DNA from: Candidatus Cloacimonadales bacterium
GTDB lineage: Bacteria > Cloacimonadota > Cloacimonadia > Cloacimonadales > JAIOQZ01
Assembly (NCBI GenBank): GCA_963665815.1
Contig: OY762463.1
Coordinates: forward strand, 1,888,001-1,952,000
DNA: 64,000 bases
Direction of reading: 5' to 3'
The position numbers were made by a program, and so were the translations under genes. The notes beneath the pieces were generated by a model. It was not told the DNA's origin. It did no database searches and was given only the letters and a program-made list of their open reading frames with translations. Positions 48,647 to 58,834 of the stretch are shown one piece after another. Position 1 is the stretch's first letter; each line of letters opens with the position of its first letter.

Positions 48647-50440
48647 GTGATGCTTCAAAGCATGAGAAACAAACAAAAATCAATAATCTTCGTAACTGCA
48701 GTACTGTTCATACTTGGTATGGCGCTGATGGGAGTGGTAGACACATTCCAGAAAAAACATTATGTTGGTAAAGTCGGATCACACAAGATCAAACTGAAAG
48801 AATATGATGCCTTACTCAAAAATGATATATCTAACTGGTATCAGGAAAATAAAGACAAAGAGATTGATACAAAAACTATGAAAAGCCTGAACGATCAGTT
48901 ATGGAGCAGGTACATTAACAACTTTATTTATGAAAAAGAAGTTAAGAAAAGACATATAAAAGTAACCGATGAAGATGTACAAAACAAATTCGTCAATGAT
49001 CCACCGGAATATATTAAAAATGCTCCAGTTTTCATGACAGATGGTAAGTTCGACAATGAAAAGTATCAGGAAGCACTTATTTCAGGTCAACCGGATCTCA
49101 GTTTTCTTGAACCTCACATCAGAGAACAACTTCCAAAAGAGCTTGTTTATGAAGACATCAAATCAGATACAACTGTTACAGATGAAGATGTACTTGCAAA
49201 ATATAAAGAAGATAATGATAAAGCAGATGCTGATATTATATTCTTTGGAACAGACAAAATTACTGATGTAAAAGTTACAGATGAACAAATTTCTGCCTAT
49301 TATGATGAAAACAAGGATAAATATAAAAAAGGTCCCGTAAGACAGCTTAAATTTGTTAAAATTGAGCTGAAGCCAAGTGAAAAAGACGAGCAGGAAGTTC
49401 TTGAAAGAATCAAAGAAGTTAGAGAAGAAGCAGTAAATGGTACTGACTTTGCAGAGCTTGCAAAAGAATACTCAGAAGGTCCTTCAAAAGATAATGGTGG
49501 AGACCTTAACTATTTCACAAGAGACCGTATGGTAACTCCTTTCAGTGATGCCGCATTTGCTCTTAAAGTTGGAGAAATCAGTGAACCTGTTCTTACAAAA
49601 TTCGGCTGGCACGTGATTAAACTTGAAGACAGAAGAAAAAACAAGGACGGAAAAGAAGAAGTAAGAGCACGACATATTCTTATGGAAGTACATGCATCAC
49701 AGGAAACAGCAGATATGATGGAAGAAAAAGCAAATCAGTTCTTCGCTGATGCAGGAAAGCTTGGGCTTGAAAAAGCTGCTGACAATGCAAAACTTGAAGT
49801 TGGTGAAACAGCTGAATTCCAGGAAAATGCACGTTATGTAAGAGAAATTAACAATAACTATAATTTAATCCAGTTTGCTTATGCAGGTAAAGAAGGGGAT
49901 CTTTCCGAACTGGAAAAAGATTCTGACGGGAACTATTATGTTGCTGAAATTTCTATGGTTAAAGGTGATCACTTCAGTCCGCTTGATAAAGTGAAAGACC
50001 AAATTAAAATGACACTCGAAAGAGATGAAAAGCTTGAGCAGGTTAAAGCCAAAGCTGAAGAGTTTGCTAAAAAATACAAAAAAGAAGAATACTTCGCTGC
50101 TGCAGAAAAAGAAGGTTGGGAAATCCTTAACCAGAAAGATATTACGTCAGTAAAATATATCAGTAAAGTTGGTAAAGACGAAGAATTCAATAAAGCTGTT
50201 CTCGCCCTTGAAAAAGATGGAATTACTGATTTAGTTAAAGGTGATAACGGTGCATATATTGCAAAAGTTACCAAACGCACAAAACCTGATATGGATAAAT
50301 TCGAAAAAGAAAAAGATCAACTTAAGGAAGCTGCTTTAACAAGAGCTCAGAACCAGTATGTTAATAACTGGTATAACAAAACTAAGAATGATCTTAAAGT
50401 TGTTGATAACAGAAGAAAATACTACCAATACCTGAATTGA
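48647..50440 (+). CDS. PpiD/SurA-like peptidyl-prolyl isomerase
   Basis: MLQSMR N-terminal anchor; parvulin FAELAKEYSEGPSKDNGGDL...FSDAAF...SEPVLTKFGWHVIK; ARHIL. Confidence 0.9.
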   Translation: MMLQSMRNKQKSIIFVTAVLFILGMALMGVVDTFQKKHYVGKVGSHKIKLKEYDALLKNDISNWYQENKDKEIDTKTMKSLNDQLWSRYINNFIYEKEVKKRHIKVTDEDVQNKFVNDPPEYIKNAPVFMTDGKFDNEKYQEALISGQPDLSFLEPHIREQLPKELVYEDIKSDTTVTDEDVLAKYKEDNDKADADIIFFGTDKITDVKVTDEQISAYYDENKDKYKKGPVRQLKFVKIELKPSEKDEQEVLERIKEVREEAVNGTDFAELAKEYSEGPSKDNGGDLNYFTRDRMVTPFSDAAFALKVGEISEPVLTKFGWHVIKLEDRRKNKDGKEEVRARHILMEVHASQETADMMEEKANQFFADAGKLGLEKAADNAKLEVGETAEFQENARYVREINNNYNLIQFAYAGKEGDLSELEKDSDGNYYVAEISMVKGDHFSPLDKVKDQIKMTLERDEKLEQVKAKAEEFAKKYKKEEYFAAAEKEGWEILNQKDITSVKYISKVGKDEEFNKAVLALEKDGITDLVKGDNGAYIAKVTKRTKPDMDKFEKEKDQLKEAALTRAQNQYVNNWYNKTKNDLKVVDNRRKYYQYLN

Positions 50441-50447
50441 TAAAGCT

Positions 50448-52163
50448 ATGAGAAAAATATTAGTACTCCTTATAATTGCAGCCGTTTTCTGTGGCTGTGT
50501 TTCCAAGCCGGACAAGACAGTTGGAAAAATAAACGGTAAATACATATCACTGACTGCATATAATTCAGCTGTTAAGCAACAGTTTGAGTTATTCAAAACA
50601 AAGTATGACAGAAGCCCTAATCCTGAAGAAATGGAAGGTCTTAAAGAAAAAGCCTGGGATCGTTTGATAACTTCTGTCGTTCTTGATGAGCAATTTGAGA
50701 AGTACAATATCAAAGTCACGAGAAGTGAAGCTATCGATTCTCTGATAACACATATTCCTGATGATGTCTCCAAAATGAAGATATTCATGAAAGATGGAGA
50801 ATTAGACAGGGAAATGTATGTCAATTCTGTCAAATTCGATGACCCGGTACCAATGAACTGGGCAAGAGAACACTATTTCTTTACATACTTACCTTATCTG
50901 AAATTGAAGAATATTGTTCACAAGAATAGAAAAATTGATGAAGACATGATAAAAAAAGAATACGAAATCATTGAAGGCAGAGCTAACATAGAAGTAATTG
51001 AAGTTGATCCCGAAAATTTCAAAAAAGAAGCATATGTCTCTCAACCGGACATTATGAATTATTATGAAGAAAATAAGAAGGATTATTTCATTCCTGCATC
51101 TTGCGATCTTGTTGTTTATGAGTTTCCGCTTCAGCCATCAAAAGCTGATGTGAAAAAAGCTAAAGTTGTTGCTGACTCAATATATTATGAGATTAAGAGA
51201 GGGAAAAACTACGCTTACTTCTATGATTATCTTGCCTATCATAAAATACGCTGGACAAAACTGGATTCTCTTCCTTCAACTGTTGTGAAAGATCTTAACC
51301 AAAGCAATTTCAAGAACCCTACAAAACCATACAAAAGAGGTAACCAATGGGTTATACTTGTTCCGGACACTAAGAAACGAAATCTTCTCAAAATGCGGGA
51401 ACTGGTTATTGAACCGGAACTATCAAGAGAGACAAAGAAAAACGTTGAAGAAGAAGTTAACTCTTTTAAAGAAATCATTAAAGATATTGGTCTTAAAAAT
51501 GCCATTGATGAATTTAATATTAAAGTCCATTATGCGGATAATCTTACTTTCAAGAACACAAAAATACCAGTTATAGGCGAAAGTATGAGTCTCGTCCGTA
51601 AAGCAGTCAACCAGTTTGAAGGCACTTTTTTCAATCCGATATGGGATAATAAAGCGAGTAAATATATTATTGTGCAAGTCAGAAGAGCTCAGAAAGAAGA
51701 ATATGAATCTTTAATGAATAAAGCTGAAGAAATCAGAACTCTTCTTGTTGATAAGAAATCAAAAAAACTTGCTGAAGCTAAGGCAAATGAATTAATCAAC
51801 AATTTTTCCGAAGAGACCCTTAGTTCTAAATCAGACAAGTATAGTACTGAACAGCAATTCAGGTTTACACCAGATACTAAAATTTTTGGAAATTTTGATA
51901 GCAAAATGAATAGACAAATATTATCATATGGTAAAGAAGGTCTAATCAAGAAACCTTTTGAGTTAAATGAGAAATTTTATATAGTCTATATCAATAATTA
52001 TTATCCTATTAATTATGATTCATTAAAGGATAAACGCTTTGAGATCATTGCAAAACTGAAATCTCATGGAAAAGATGAGTACTTCGATAAATGGTTTGAA
52101 AGTCTCAAAGCTAATGCAAAAATCAAAGACTGGAGAAATGCTAATCAGATGATCCAGCAATAG
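50448..52163 (+). CDS. SurA/PpiD-like chaperone paralog, probable lipoprotein
   Basis: Signal ending FCGC; SurA N-terminal-like region parallel to the upstream gene; parvulin core not recognisable. Confidence 0.65.
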   Translation: MRKILVLLIIAAVFCGCVSKPDKTVGKINGKYISLTAYNSAVKQQFELFKTKYDRSPNPEEMEGLKEKAWDRLITSVVLDEQFEKYNIKVTRSEAIDSLITHIPDDVSKMKIFMKDGELDREMYVNSVKFDDPVPMNWAREHYFFTYLPYLKLKNIVHKNRKIDEDMIKKEYEIIEGRANIEVIEVDPENFKKEAYVSQPDIMNYYEENKKDYFIPASCDLVVYEFPLQPSKADVKKAKVVADSIYYEIKRGKNYAYFYDYLAYHKIRWTKLDSLPSTVVKDLNQSNFKNPTKPYKRGNQWVILVPDTKKRNLLKMRELVIEPELSRETKKNVEEEVNSFKEIIKDIGLKNAIDEFNIKVHYADNLTFKNTKIPVIGESMSLVRKAVNQFEGTFFNPIWDNKASKYIIVQVRRAQKEEYESLMNKAEEIRTLLVDKKSKKLAEAKANELINNFSEETLSSKSDKYSTEQQFRFTPDTKIFGNFDSKMNRQILSYGKEGLIKKPFELNEKFYIVYINNYYPINYDSLKDKRFEIIAKLKSHGKDEYFDKWFESLKANAKIKDWRNANQMIQQ

Positions 52164-52171
52164 CTGTCAAA

Positions 52172-53911
52172 ATGGAGGTTGATATCCTTCAACGAAAATT
52201 TCAATACTTGTCAGAAGATGTTAAGAAACTACGTGATTCTCGAAGAAAGAAAGAGAATCTCCTGTCTAACTATTATTCAATAGCACATAAACTATTCGTA
52301 AAAGGCGAATACTTAAAATGTATTAAGTATGCTGACAAGGCTATCCAATATGGTGACATTGATAATCCCAGGAAACAACTGATTCAATGCTATCAATTTT
52401 TGTCTATAAGTAACAAGCATTTTGGTAGAATTCTTGATGCAATTCAATATTCATTTCTTTCACTGAAACTCGCTGAACAAATTAATGATAAACGACTGAT
52501 TTCATTTATTCTTAACAACCTCAGTGTGATTTACAAGACAATGAATGATTTTGATAAATCTCTTGAGTATGCATTATTGTCTCTGGAGCTAAAGGATAAA
52601 GAAAAAGATCCACTAAGCTATGCAAAATCCTGCGGGAATGCAGCTCTGATATACAAATCAATGAAAGACTATGAAAAAGCAATCAGCCTTACAGAACAGT
52701 CAGTCGAAATTTTCAAGACCAATAATGAATTTGAAAATACAGCGTCTGCTTTGTGTAATTTATCTGTGTGCTACTCAGAAATGGGAGAAATTCCAAAAGC
52801 TATTGAAACTGTAAATAAATCTCTGGAGATTTTCAAAGAAATAGATTCTGAAATAGGTGTTATCAATGACTATCTGAATTTGTGTAAATTCAATATTGAG
52901 TTAGAAAACTATGATGAAGCTGAAACCTTTTTACAGAAAGCTGATAGCGACTACGAAATGAATGATTTAATGCGAGCAGAATATCTTTCTTTGCGGCATC
53001 TTCTTGATTTCAGAACAGGTGATTTTGAGTCTGCATACCGAAATATTGTTAAATATAACGAACTTAATGCAAAAATTGATGCAAAGACTAACCGTAAGGA
53101 GGTTGCAGATATTGAATTAGGCTATCAATTAAAAAAGAAAACCAGAGAAGCAGAATCCTATAAAAGAAAGAACGATGAACTTGATAGACTCAATAAAGAG
53201 CTTAACAGAATATCATCAATAAAAAACAAGTTGATCTCAGTTATTGGTCATGATTTGAAAATTCCACTTACATCCATTACCAGTGCATCTGAGATGCTTA
53301 TTGAATATTATAATGAACTTGAACAGGAACAGAGAACCAGTTTCCTCAAAGTTGTTTATGATTCGGCAGACAACCTGAACAGTATGCTTAACAATCTTCT
53401 TCAATGGTCACGATATCTTGATAATACAGACCAGATAAGGACTTCTGACATCAAAATTTCCGATCAGATTAGTGATATAAAGAAATACCTCAAAAGAGAC
53501 CTGGATAAGAAAAATATAGTTATTGTACTCAATGATAATGAGATTAACAGTATTAATACTGACTCGAATATTTTACAGATTGTTCTGAGAAACATTATTT
53601 TCAATTCCGTGAAATTTTCTATGCCCGGAAGTCATATCAGAATCAATCTCACAAGAAAGGAAAAGTCCATTAACCTCAGTATTACTGACTTTGGCGTGGG
53701 AATGTCTGATAATCAGATAAAATGTATTTTAAACAAAAATAATTGCTTTTCAACTTCAGGGACAATGAATGAGAAAGGAAGTGGAATTGGTTTAAGAATT
53801 TGCCTTGATCTCCTGGAAATGATGAATTGCAGATTAGAGATCGAAAGTAAAGAAAAACAGGGAAGCACATTTACTATAGTCTTCCCTGCTGAAAAAATTA
53901 GAAATCTATAA
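52172..53911 (+). CDS. TPR-containing sensor histidine kinase
   Basis: N-terminal TPRs; H-box GHDLKIPL, N-box RNIIFNSVKFS, DFGVGM, GSGIGL, GSTF. Confidence 0.9.
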   Translation: MEVDILQRKFQYLSEDVKKLRDSRRKKENLLSNYYSIAHKLFVKGEYLKCIKYADKAIQYGDIDNPRKQLIQCYQFLSISNKHFGRILDAIQYSFLSLKLAEQINDKRLISFILNNLSVIYKTMNDFDKSLEYALLSLELKDKEKDPLSYAKSCGNAALIYKSMKDYEKAISLTEQSVEIFKTNNEFENTASALCNLSVCYSEMGEIPKAIETVNKSLEIFKEIDSEIGVINDYLNLCKFNIELENYDEAETFLQKADSDYEMNDLMRAEYLSLRHLLDFRTGDFESAYRNIVKYNELNAKIDAKTNRKEVADIELGYQLKKKTREAESYKRKNDELDRLNKELNRISSIKNKLISVIGHDLKIPLTSITSASEMLIEYYNELEQEQRTSFLKVVYDSADNLNSMLNNLLQWSRYLDNTDQIRTSDIKISDQISDIKKYLKRDLDKKNIVIVLNDNEINSINTDSNILQIVLRNIIFNSVKFSMPGSHIRINLTRKEKSINLSITDFGVGMSDNQIKCILNKNNCFSTSGTMNEKGSGIGLRICLDLLEMMNCRLEIESKEKQGSTFTIVFPAEKIRNL

Positions 53912-54695
53912 ACGATTTCTCCATATCATGATTCAGAATAAGCCTGCCTGATTTCTCTTTCAAATCCTTTAATATCCATTCTTTCGCTGCAGCAGTATCT
54001 CTTCTGCAAACATCATAAGAAAAGCAAAGTGGAATTCTCAAATTAAGTTCTCTTGATAGAACATCAGCAGTATAATACACAGGTTTATCCTCAGTTATCT
54101 TAACAATCTGGAAGCCATTTGTATGACCTCCTGTGAAATGAACACTCACTTCATCAGTTAAATTATAATCACCATCAACCAGCTTAAGATTCTTATCATT
54201 ATCAATCAGATGCAAATGATCCTCATAATTGTACGCAGCTTTATTAAGAGTATCAGGATCCAGAGCGATATCCCATTCTTTTTGCTGAATAACATGCTCA
54301 GCATTGGGAAAAGTGACAACATCATCACCATTGATATTGCTTATCAGTCCACCGGCATGATCGAAATGCAGATGAGTAAGAATAACATAATCAATATCAA
54401 GTCTGTTTATGTTGTTTTCTTCAAGTGCAGTAAGGATATTCTCATCTGAAGGAGAATAAATCTTCCTGATCTTGCTGTCGACTCTGTTTCCAAGCCCTGT
54501 ATCAACGATAATTCTTTTACCTTCTGATTCTATGTACAATAGATTTATAGAAGCCTGAACACGGTTTTTAGAGTCTACAGGGATATTCTTTGGCCATAAG
54601 GGTCTTGGAAGTACTCCCATTGCAGCCCCTGCATCAGACCAGAATGAACCGGCATTAAGAATCTTGAGTATTGCTTTCCTGTTTCTTCGATTCAT
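53898..54695 (-). CDS. MBL-fold metallo-hydrolase (YtnP-like)
   Basis: VDTG, THLHFDHAGG, GGHT motifs; likely start ATG at 54695. Confidence 0.85.
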   Translation of the reverse strand: MNRRNRKAILKILNAGSFWSDAGAAMGVLPRPLWPKNIPVDSKNRVQASINLLYIESEGKRIIVDTGLGNRVDSKIRKIYSPSDENILTALEENNINRLDIDYVILTHLHFDHAGGLISNINGDDVVTFPNAEHVIQQKEWDIALDPDTLNKAAYNYEDHLHLIDNDKNLKLVDGDYNLTDEVSVHFTGGHTNGFQIVKITEDKPVYYTADVLSRELNLRIPLCFSYDVCRRDTAAAKEWILKDLKEKSGRLILNHDMEKSFIDF

Positions 54696-55416
54696 GTCTG
54701 TTATTTCGGCTGTGGTTATTGTTTCTGTTGTTTCTGTAGTTTCTGAACTTTTTGCGATTATTATTGTGGTGTCTTGGTTTTGTCTGAGCTGAATCAGGAT
54801 CATATATTATCTGAACCTTTTTCTTATCTCCATCACCAATTGTCTTTGTTCTTAACTCTTTGTCACTCTCAACAAATTTATGAATCATTCGTCTTTGACC
54901 GGGTTTCATTGGATCAAAGGTGTAGGTTTTTTTGGTCTTTTTGACCTGCTCAGCTACAGCTTCAATCTTTGTATTGATATTCTTGTCATTATTCTTTCTG
55001 AAATCATCAATATCAAACATGATTCTGGTTTCATCGATCCCTGATTGAAGCAGATAACGATGAGTAATATGCTGCAGACTATCCAGAACTCTTCCGTTTT
55101 TACCAATAAGATAACCTTTATTCTGAACACCATTAAGCTTGATTATAAACTGTTTGTTTTTCTTGATAACTTCGAGTGTATTGAACTCGACATTCATCAT
55201 CTTGAGTAAATTTTCGATAAAATCTTTAACACTATCCGTGTTTTCAGGTAAAAAGAATTTAATAACAGTTGGTTTTCCCCCAAACAGATTAAAAAAACCA
55301 TTTGAGCCTTTATCAACAACTTCATATTTTAACTTATCTTTAGTAATCTTAAATTCTTTTAATACATTAGTAACAATATCAAATTCAGATTTACCTGTTC
55401 TTTGAATTACTTTCAT
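54655..55416 (-). CDS. jag: Jag/EloR (KhpB) RNA-binding protein
   Basis: Jag_N, KH (LIGKNG..LDSLQ) and R3H (RRMIH) domains; follows yidC. Confidence 0.88.
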   Translation of the reverse strand: MKVIQRTGKSEFDIVTNVLKEFKITKDKLKYEVVDKGSNGFFNLFGGKPTVIKFFLPENTDSVKDFIENLLKMMNVEFNTLEVIKKNKQFIIKLNGVQNKGYLIGKNGRVLDSLQHITHRYLLQSGIDETRIMFDIDDFRKNNDKNINTKIEAVAEQVKKTKKTYTFDPMKPGQRRMIHKFVESDKELRTKTIGDGDKKKVQIIYDPDSAQTKPRHHNNNRKKFRNYRNNRNNNHSRNNRHESKKQESNTQDS

Positions 55417-55449
55417 AGAAGCACCCTAATTCCTTTTTCATAACTTTTG

Positions 55450-57072
55450 CTATTGAAATTTTTTCTTAATATAGTACTGCTGGATTATTCCCAGAATCTG
55501 GAAAACTGTCCAGTACAATACAAGTCCTGACGGCATGTTACGGAAAATCCAGAACATCAGTATAGGCATAGCATAACCCATAATTTTCTGATTCTGCATC
55601 ATTGCCTGCTGTTTTTCATCCATTTTACTCTTGTCCTGCTGTTTAGGCTGCATCAGCCTTTGCTGGAAGAACATGGAAATTGCCATAATTATTGGTAGAA
55701 TCATAAGTGGATCCGGCTCTGATAAATCAGTTATCCATGTAAGGAACGGAGTCTGTCTCAACTCAATAGATGATCTCAGCATTGGATAAAGGGACATAAA
55801 TATAGGCATTTGCAGCAGTAAAGGAAGGCATCCGCTTAATGGATTCGCTCCATTTTCCTTGTATATCCTGCTTAACTCTGCATTCATCTTCTTAGGATCA
55901 CTTTTATATTTCTGTTGTACTTCCTTAATTAATGGTTGAATCTTCTGCATTCTGTGTGTTGATTCAAAACTCTTGTGTGACAGAGGGTACAAAATAACCT
56001 TAAGCAATAATGCAAATACAATAATTACCAATCCGTAATTTGGTATAGCCTTGTGAATAAGTTGGAAAATCTTCATGAAAAATTTACTGAGAATCCTGAA
56101 TGGTTTAAATCCTAAATCTACAATATTTCCTGCACCAGGACCATACATTTCATCTAACAAATCATTCTGGAGGTGACCAAAATAAAGATCATACGATTCA
56201 TCCCAATAAAGTTTCTCATTAACTTCTTCAATATAAATTTTCATAGCTGGGCTGTTATTAGTTCTATAGACTTTCACATTCCTGATATTGACTTTAGGAT
56301 CAGGAAATGCTGCAATTGTGAAATATTTAGATCTAACAGCAAGCCAGTCAAACTGTCCTTCGTAAGATTGAACTTTATCAATTTTCTGTAATGGCAGTTT
56401 TTCCAGTTTATTATCAACTTGAGCCTTAAACTGGTATTCCCTTTTCTTATATTTTTCTTTTTTCTTATAAAACTTTTCTGTATCCCTGATTCCGCTGCCG
56501 AAATCAAGAGTATAACCCAAAATTCCCGGAAATTCATTTATCTTCATATTGAACTTCAGATTTCCGTTATCTTCCAGTGTAAATGTTTTTTCTACTAATA
56601 CATTTCCCATACTATCAGGCAGAAAGAATGATAAATGCTGTCCGCTATGAGAAAACTGGAACATTTTGCGAGTCAGGCGTTTTTTGAATCCATCCCCGAG
56701 TAAGTCCACTCTGGCGACTGTAAAGCTATCCGGAATCAGTTCAACGATATTCTGTTCGTCATCTTCAAAGTTCTTGATAAAGGCCTGTTTAATTTCAGCA
56801 CCTTTATTAGAGAACACAAATTTGACAATATCGTTTTCAAGAATGATTTCTGATTCTTCAGAAGCTTCATATAAACCGTCAGACGGTTCGCTAATATCCT
56901 TTTGTATTGCATCATCTGCATTGGTTTCTTCGGCTGTGTGCTTTACTTCAGCAGATGCCTGTTTCACGGAATTCTGTTGCTGTGTTTCAGCAGGTTTTTT
57001 CCAGAAAACCTGTGTCATTACAAGATACAGTGCAACTATTATTCCGATTGCAATAAAATTTCTTTTTTCCAA
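55450..57072 (-). CDS. yidC: Membrane protein insertase YidC
   Basis: NYGLVII..., NPLSGCLPLLLQMPIF, WITDLS.PDP, PSGLVLYW. Confidence 0.96.
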   Translation of the reverse strand: MEKRNFIAIGIIVALYLVMTQVFWKKPAETQQQNSVKQASAEVKHTAEETNADDAIQKDISEPSDGLYEASEESEIILENDIVKFVFSNKGAEIKQAFIKNFEDDEQNIVELIPDSFTVARVDLLGDGFKKRLTRKMFQFSHSGQHLSFFLPDSMGNVLVEKTFTLEDNGNLKFNMKINEFPGILGYTLDFGSGIRDTEKFYKKKEKYKKREYQFKAQVDNKLEKLPLQKIDKVQSYEGQFDWLAVRSKYFTIAAFPDPKVNIRNVKVYRTNNSPAMKIYIEEVNEKLYWDESYDLYFGHLQNDLLDEMYGPGAGNIVDLGFKPFRILSKFFMKIFQLIHKAIPNYGLVIIVFALLLKVILYPLSHKSFESTHRMQKIQPLIKEVQQKYKSDPKKMNAELSRIYKENGANPLSGCLPLLLQMPIFMSLYPMLRSSIELRQTPFLTWITDLSEPDPLMILPIIMAISMFFQQRLMQPKQQDKSKMDEKQQAMMQNQKIMGYAMPILMFWIFRNMPSGLVLYWTVFQILGIIQQYYIKKKFQ

Positions 57073-57089
57073 TTTACCTCCGGGGAAAA

Positions 57090-57308
57090 CTATGGGAGCG
57101 GATCATATCCTCCTGGATTGAAAGGATTGCATCTGAGTATACGGTGAATTGTAAGATACATTGCCTTGAAAGCATTGTACTTTTTAAACGCCTGATATGC
57201 ATATTCACTGCACGTAGGCGTGAATCTGCAGCTTGGCGGCAGCATAGGTGACAAATACCTGGAGTACAGTCTGATTAATATTAAAAAGAATGAGTTTATA
57301 ATTCTCAT
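57090..57308 (-). CDS. yidD: Membrane protein insertion efficiency factor YidD
   Basis: [10 protein letters not shown] and [13 protein letters not shown]. Confidence 0.95.
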   Translation of the reverse strand: MRIINSFFLILIRLYSRYLSPMLPPSCRFTPTCSEYAYQAFKKYNAFKAMYLTIHRILRCNPFNPGGYDPLP

Positions 57309-57640
57309 ATATAATTCATTATTTTATCAAAAACGCTATCTAAGTCTTCAGTTAAATCCTGCCAGGTCTCAGCAGGATTCGCAGTTTTCGCAATGATAAC
57401 AATTCTTCTTCTGATATTTTGAATGGATTCTTCACGAGCTTTCAAATATGCCCTGATCCTTCTTTTAATTTTATTTCTGACTACAGCTTTCCCAACTTTT
57501 TTACCGGTAATTATACCGATACGGGTACTTTCAAGTTCAGTATCTTCATTCATCAAGACAGTAAAAAAATTCCCGGAAAACCTTTTGTTACTTCTGAACA
57601 ACAATTGATATTCCGGGTTTTTTTTTATAATTTCATACAT
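57305..57640 (-). CDS. rnpA: Ribonuclease P protein component
   Basis: [24 protein letters not shown] motif; canonical position. Confidence 0.93.
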   Translation of the reverse strand: MYEIIKKNPEYQLLFRSNKRFSGNFFTVLMNEDTELESTRIGIITGKKVGKAVVRNKIKRRIRAYLKAREESIQNIRRRIVIIAKTANPAETWQDLTEDLDSVFDKIMNYI

Positions 57641-57774
57641 TAAACTGTGAGTCTTTTACGACCTTTTGCTCTTCTGTTGGATAATATCTTGCGTCCGGCT
57701 TTAGTTGCCATGCGAGAACGAAATCCATGAACTCTTTTTCTTCGAGTATTATGTGGTTGATAAGTCCTTTTCAT
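57640..57774 (-). CDS. rpmH: 50S ribosomal protein L34
   Basis: Hand translation: [44 protein letters not shown] (44 aa; too short for the ORF track). Confidence 0.97.
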   Translation of the reverse strand: MKRTYQPHNTRRKRVHGFRSRMATKAGRKILSNRRAKGRKRLTV

Positions 57775-57946
57775 TTTTTCTCCTATCCATTATCAATATT
57801 CACTTAAATCGGACCCATATTTTCCGAATTAACAACTTTATATTAGTATAGTCTGAAAAAATAAATCAGACAGTATGTCAAGCAGAATTTCGCTTAACAT
57901 GAATAAATACATTATAGAGTAAGAAAATTGTCCTTTGCAAAGACGC

Positions 57947-58219
57947 CTATTCAGATGTCCCGAAGGTCTCAAGCTTTGAACCGTCTACATAAAGCATCTT
58001 AGGACGCAGCGGCATGCCTGTTTTCTTAATCTTGTCATTGTCGTTTTCTTCTACGTGTCTCCAGATCTCCCATTGATCACCTTCACCGTCAACACAGAAT
58101 GTGACAGTTTTCTTTACAAAGTCATCAATTATAAATTGAATAGATTCAAGTGGTTCCGCTTTTGTTACCGGAATACAGAAATTTTTCTTGTCATATAAAA
58201 ACTGATTATCTTTATCCAT
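57947..58219 (-). CDS. Hypothetical protein
   Basis: Likely ATG at 58219 after GGGAG; 90 aa, hydrophilic. Confidence 0.6.
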   Translation of the reverse strand: MDKDNQFLYDKKNFCIPVTKAEPLESIQFIIDDFVKKTVTFCVDGEGDQWEIWRHVEENDNDKIKKTGMPLRPKMLYVDGSKLETFGTSE

Positions 58220-58229
58220 CCAAACTCCC

Positions 58230-58826
58230 TTATTTTGTGGTAAATTGGTAAACATTAAACGAGCCGACATCATCGACCCAAATCTTTCTTTTGCCTTTTA
58301 CATCGAAATTAATTACTATTCTTGCATACTTAGCTTCTTTCTTAAAGAAACCTGTACTAAATTCTAATTTTGACCATTCAGTTTGTAAAGATGTTTTTTG
58401 ACTAATTTCATTTCTGATTTTTCCCTTATCATCAAAAGTAACAAAATAACAGGTAATTCCATCACCTATCCACTTGTCAGACTTCATGAATAATCGGTTA
58501 TAGTAAGCATATTGGAAATTTATGTCAAAAGCCTCGGAAATCAGGCTAACTTCGCTGTTATCAACAGTTATACAGGCAGATTTTTCTCCGCTGTAAGCAA
58601 CGTTATTATCCCAGGTGATCACTGCCTCCGGTTTAGTTTTATGTAGAATCATCCAACCAAGAGGGACTTCATCATATTTAAAATCCCCTCCTTCAAAATC
58701 AGCATTGAAGACAAGATTTTCCTTACCTTCTGCATCCTTTTCAGAAAATTCCAGTGTCGATCCAAAAAAACAACCTGTTAAAACAACAAATAGTAATACC
58801 GATATCCAAATAATTAATTTTCTCAT
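58230..58826 (-). CDS. Lipoprotein with carbohydrate-binding-module-like (CBM4/9-type) domain
   Basis: Lipobox LTGC; NLVFNADFE..P.GW...AYSGEKS...W...IWVDDV jelly-roll pattern. Confidence 0.65.
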   Translation of the reverse strand: MRKLIIWISVLLFVVLTGCFFGSTLEFSEKDAEGKENLVFNADFEGGDFKYDEVPLGWMILHKTKPEAVITWDNNVAYSGEKSACITVDNSEVSLISEAFDINFQYAYYNRLFMKSDKWIGDGITCYFVTFDDKGKIRNEISQKTSLQTEWSKLEFSTGFFKKEAKYARIVINFDVKGKRKIWVDDVGSFNVYQFTTK

Positions 58827-58834
58827 TAACGATC

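Noticed and set aside
54696-54803. TETTETT-rich N-terminal extension of the MBL hydrolase
   Set aside because: Alternate-frame reading of the Asn/Arg-rich Jag tail; ATG at 54695 is the better start.
57775-57946. Possible oriC upstream of rpmH
   Set aside because: No TTATCCACA-type DnaA boxes seen and no dnaA adjacent.
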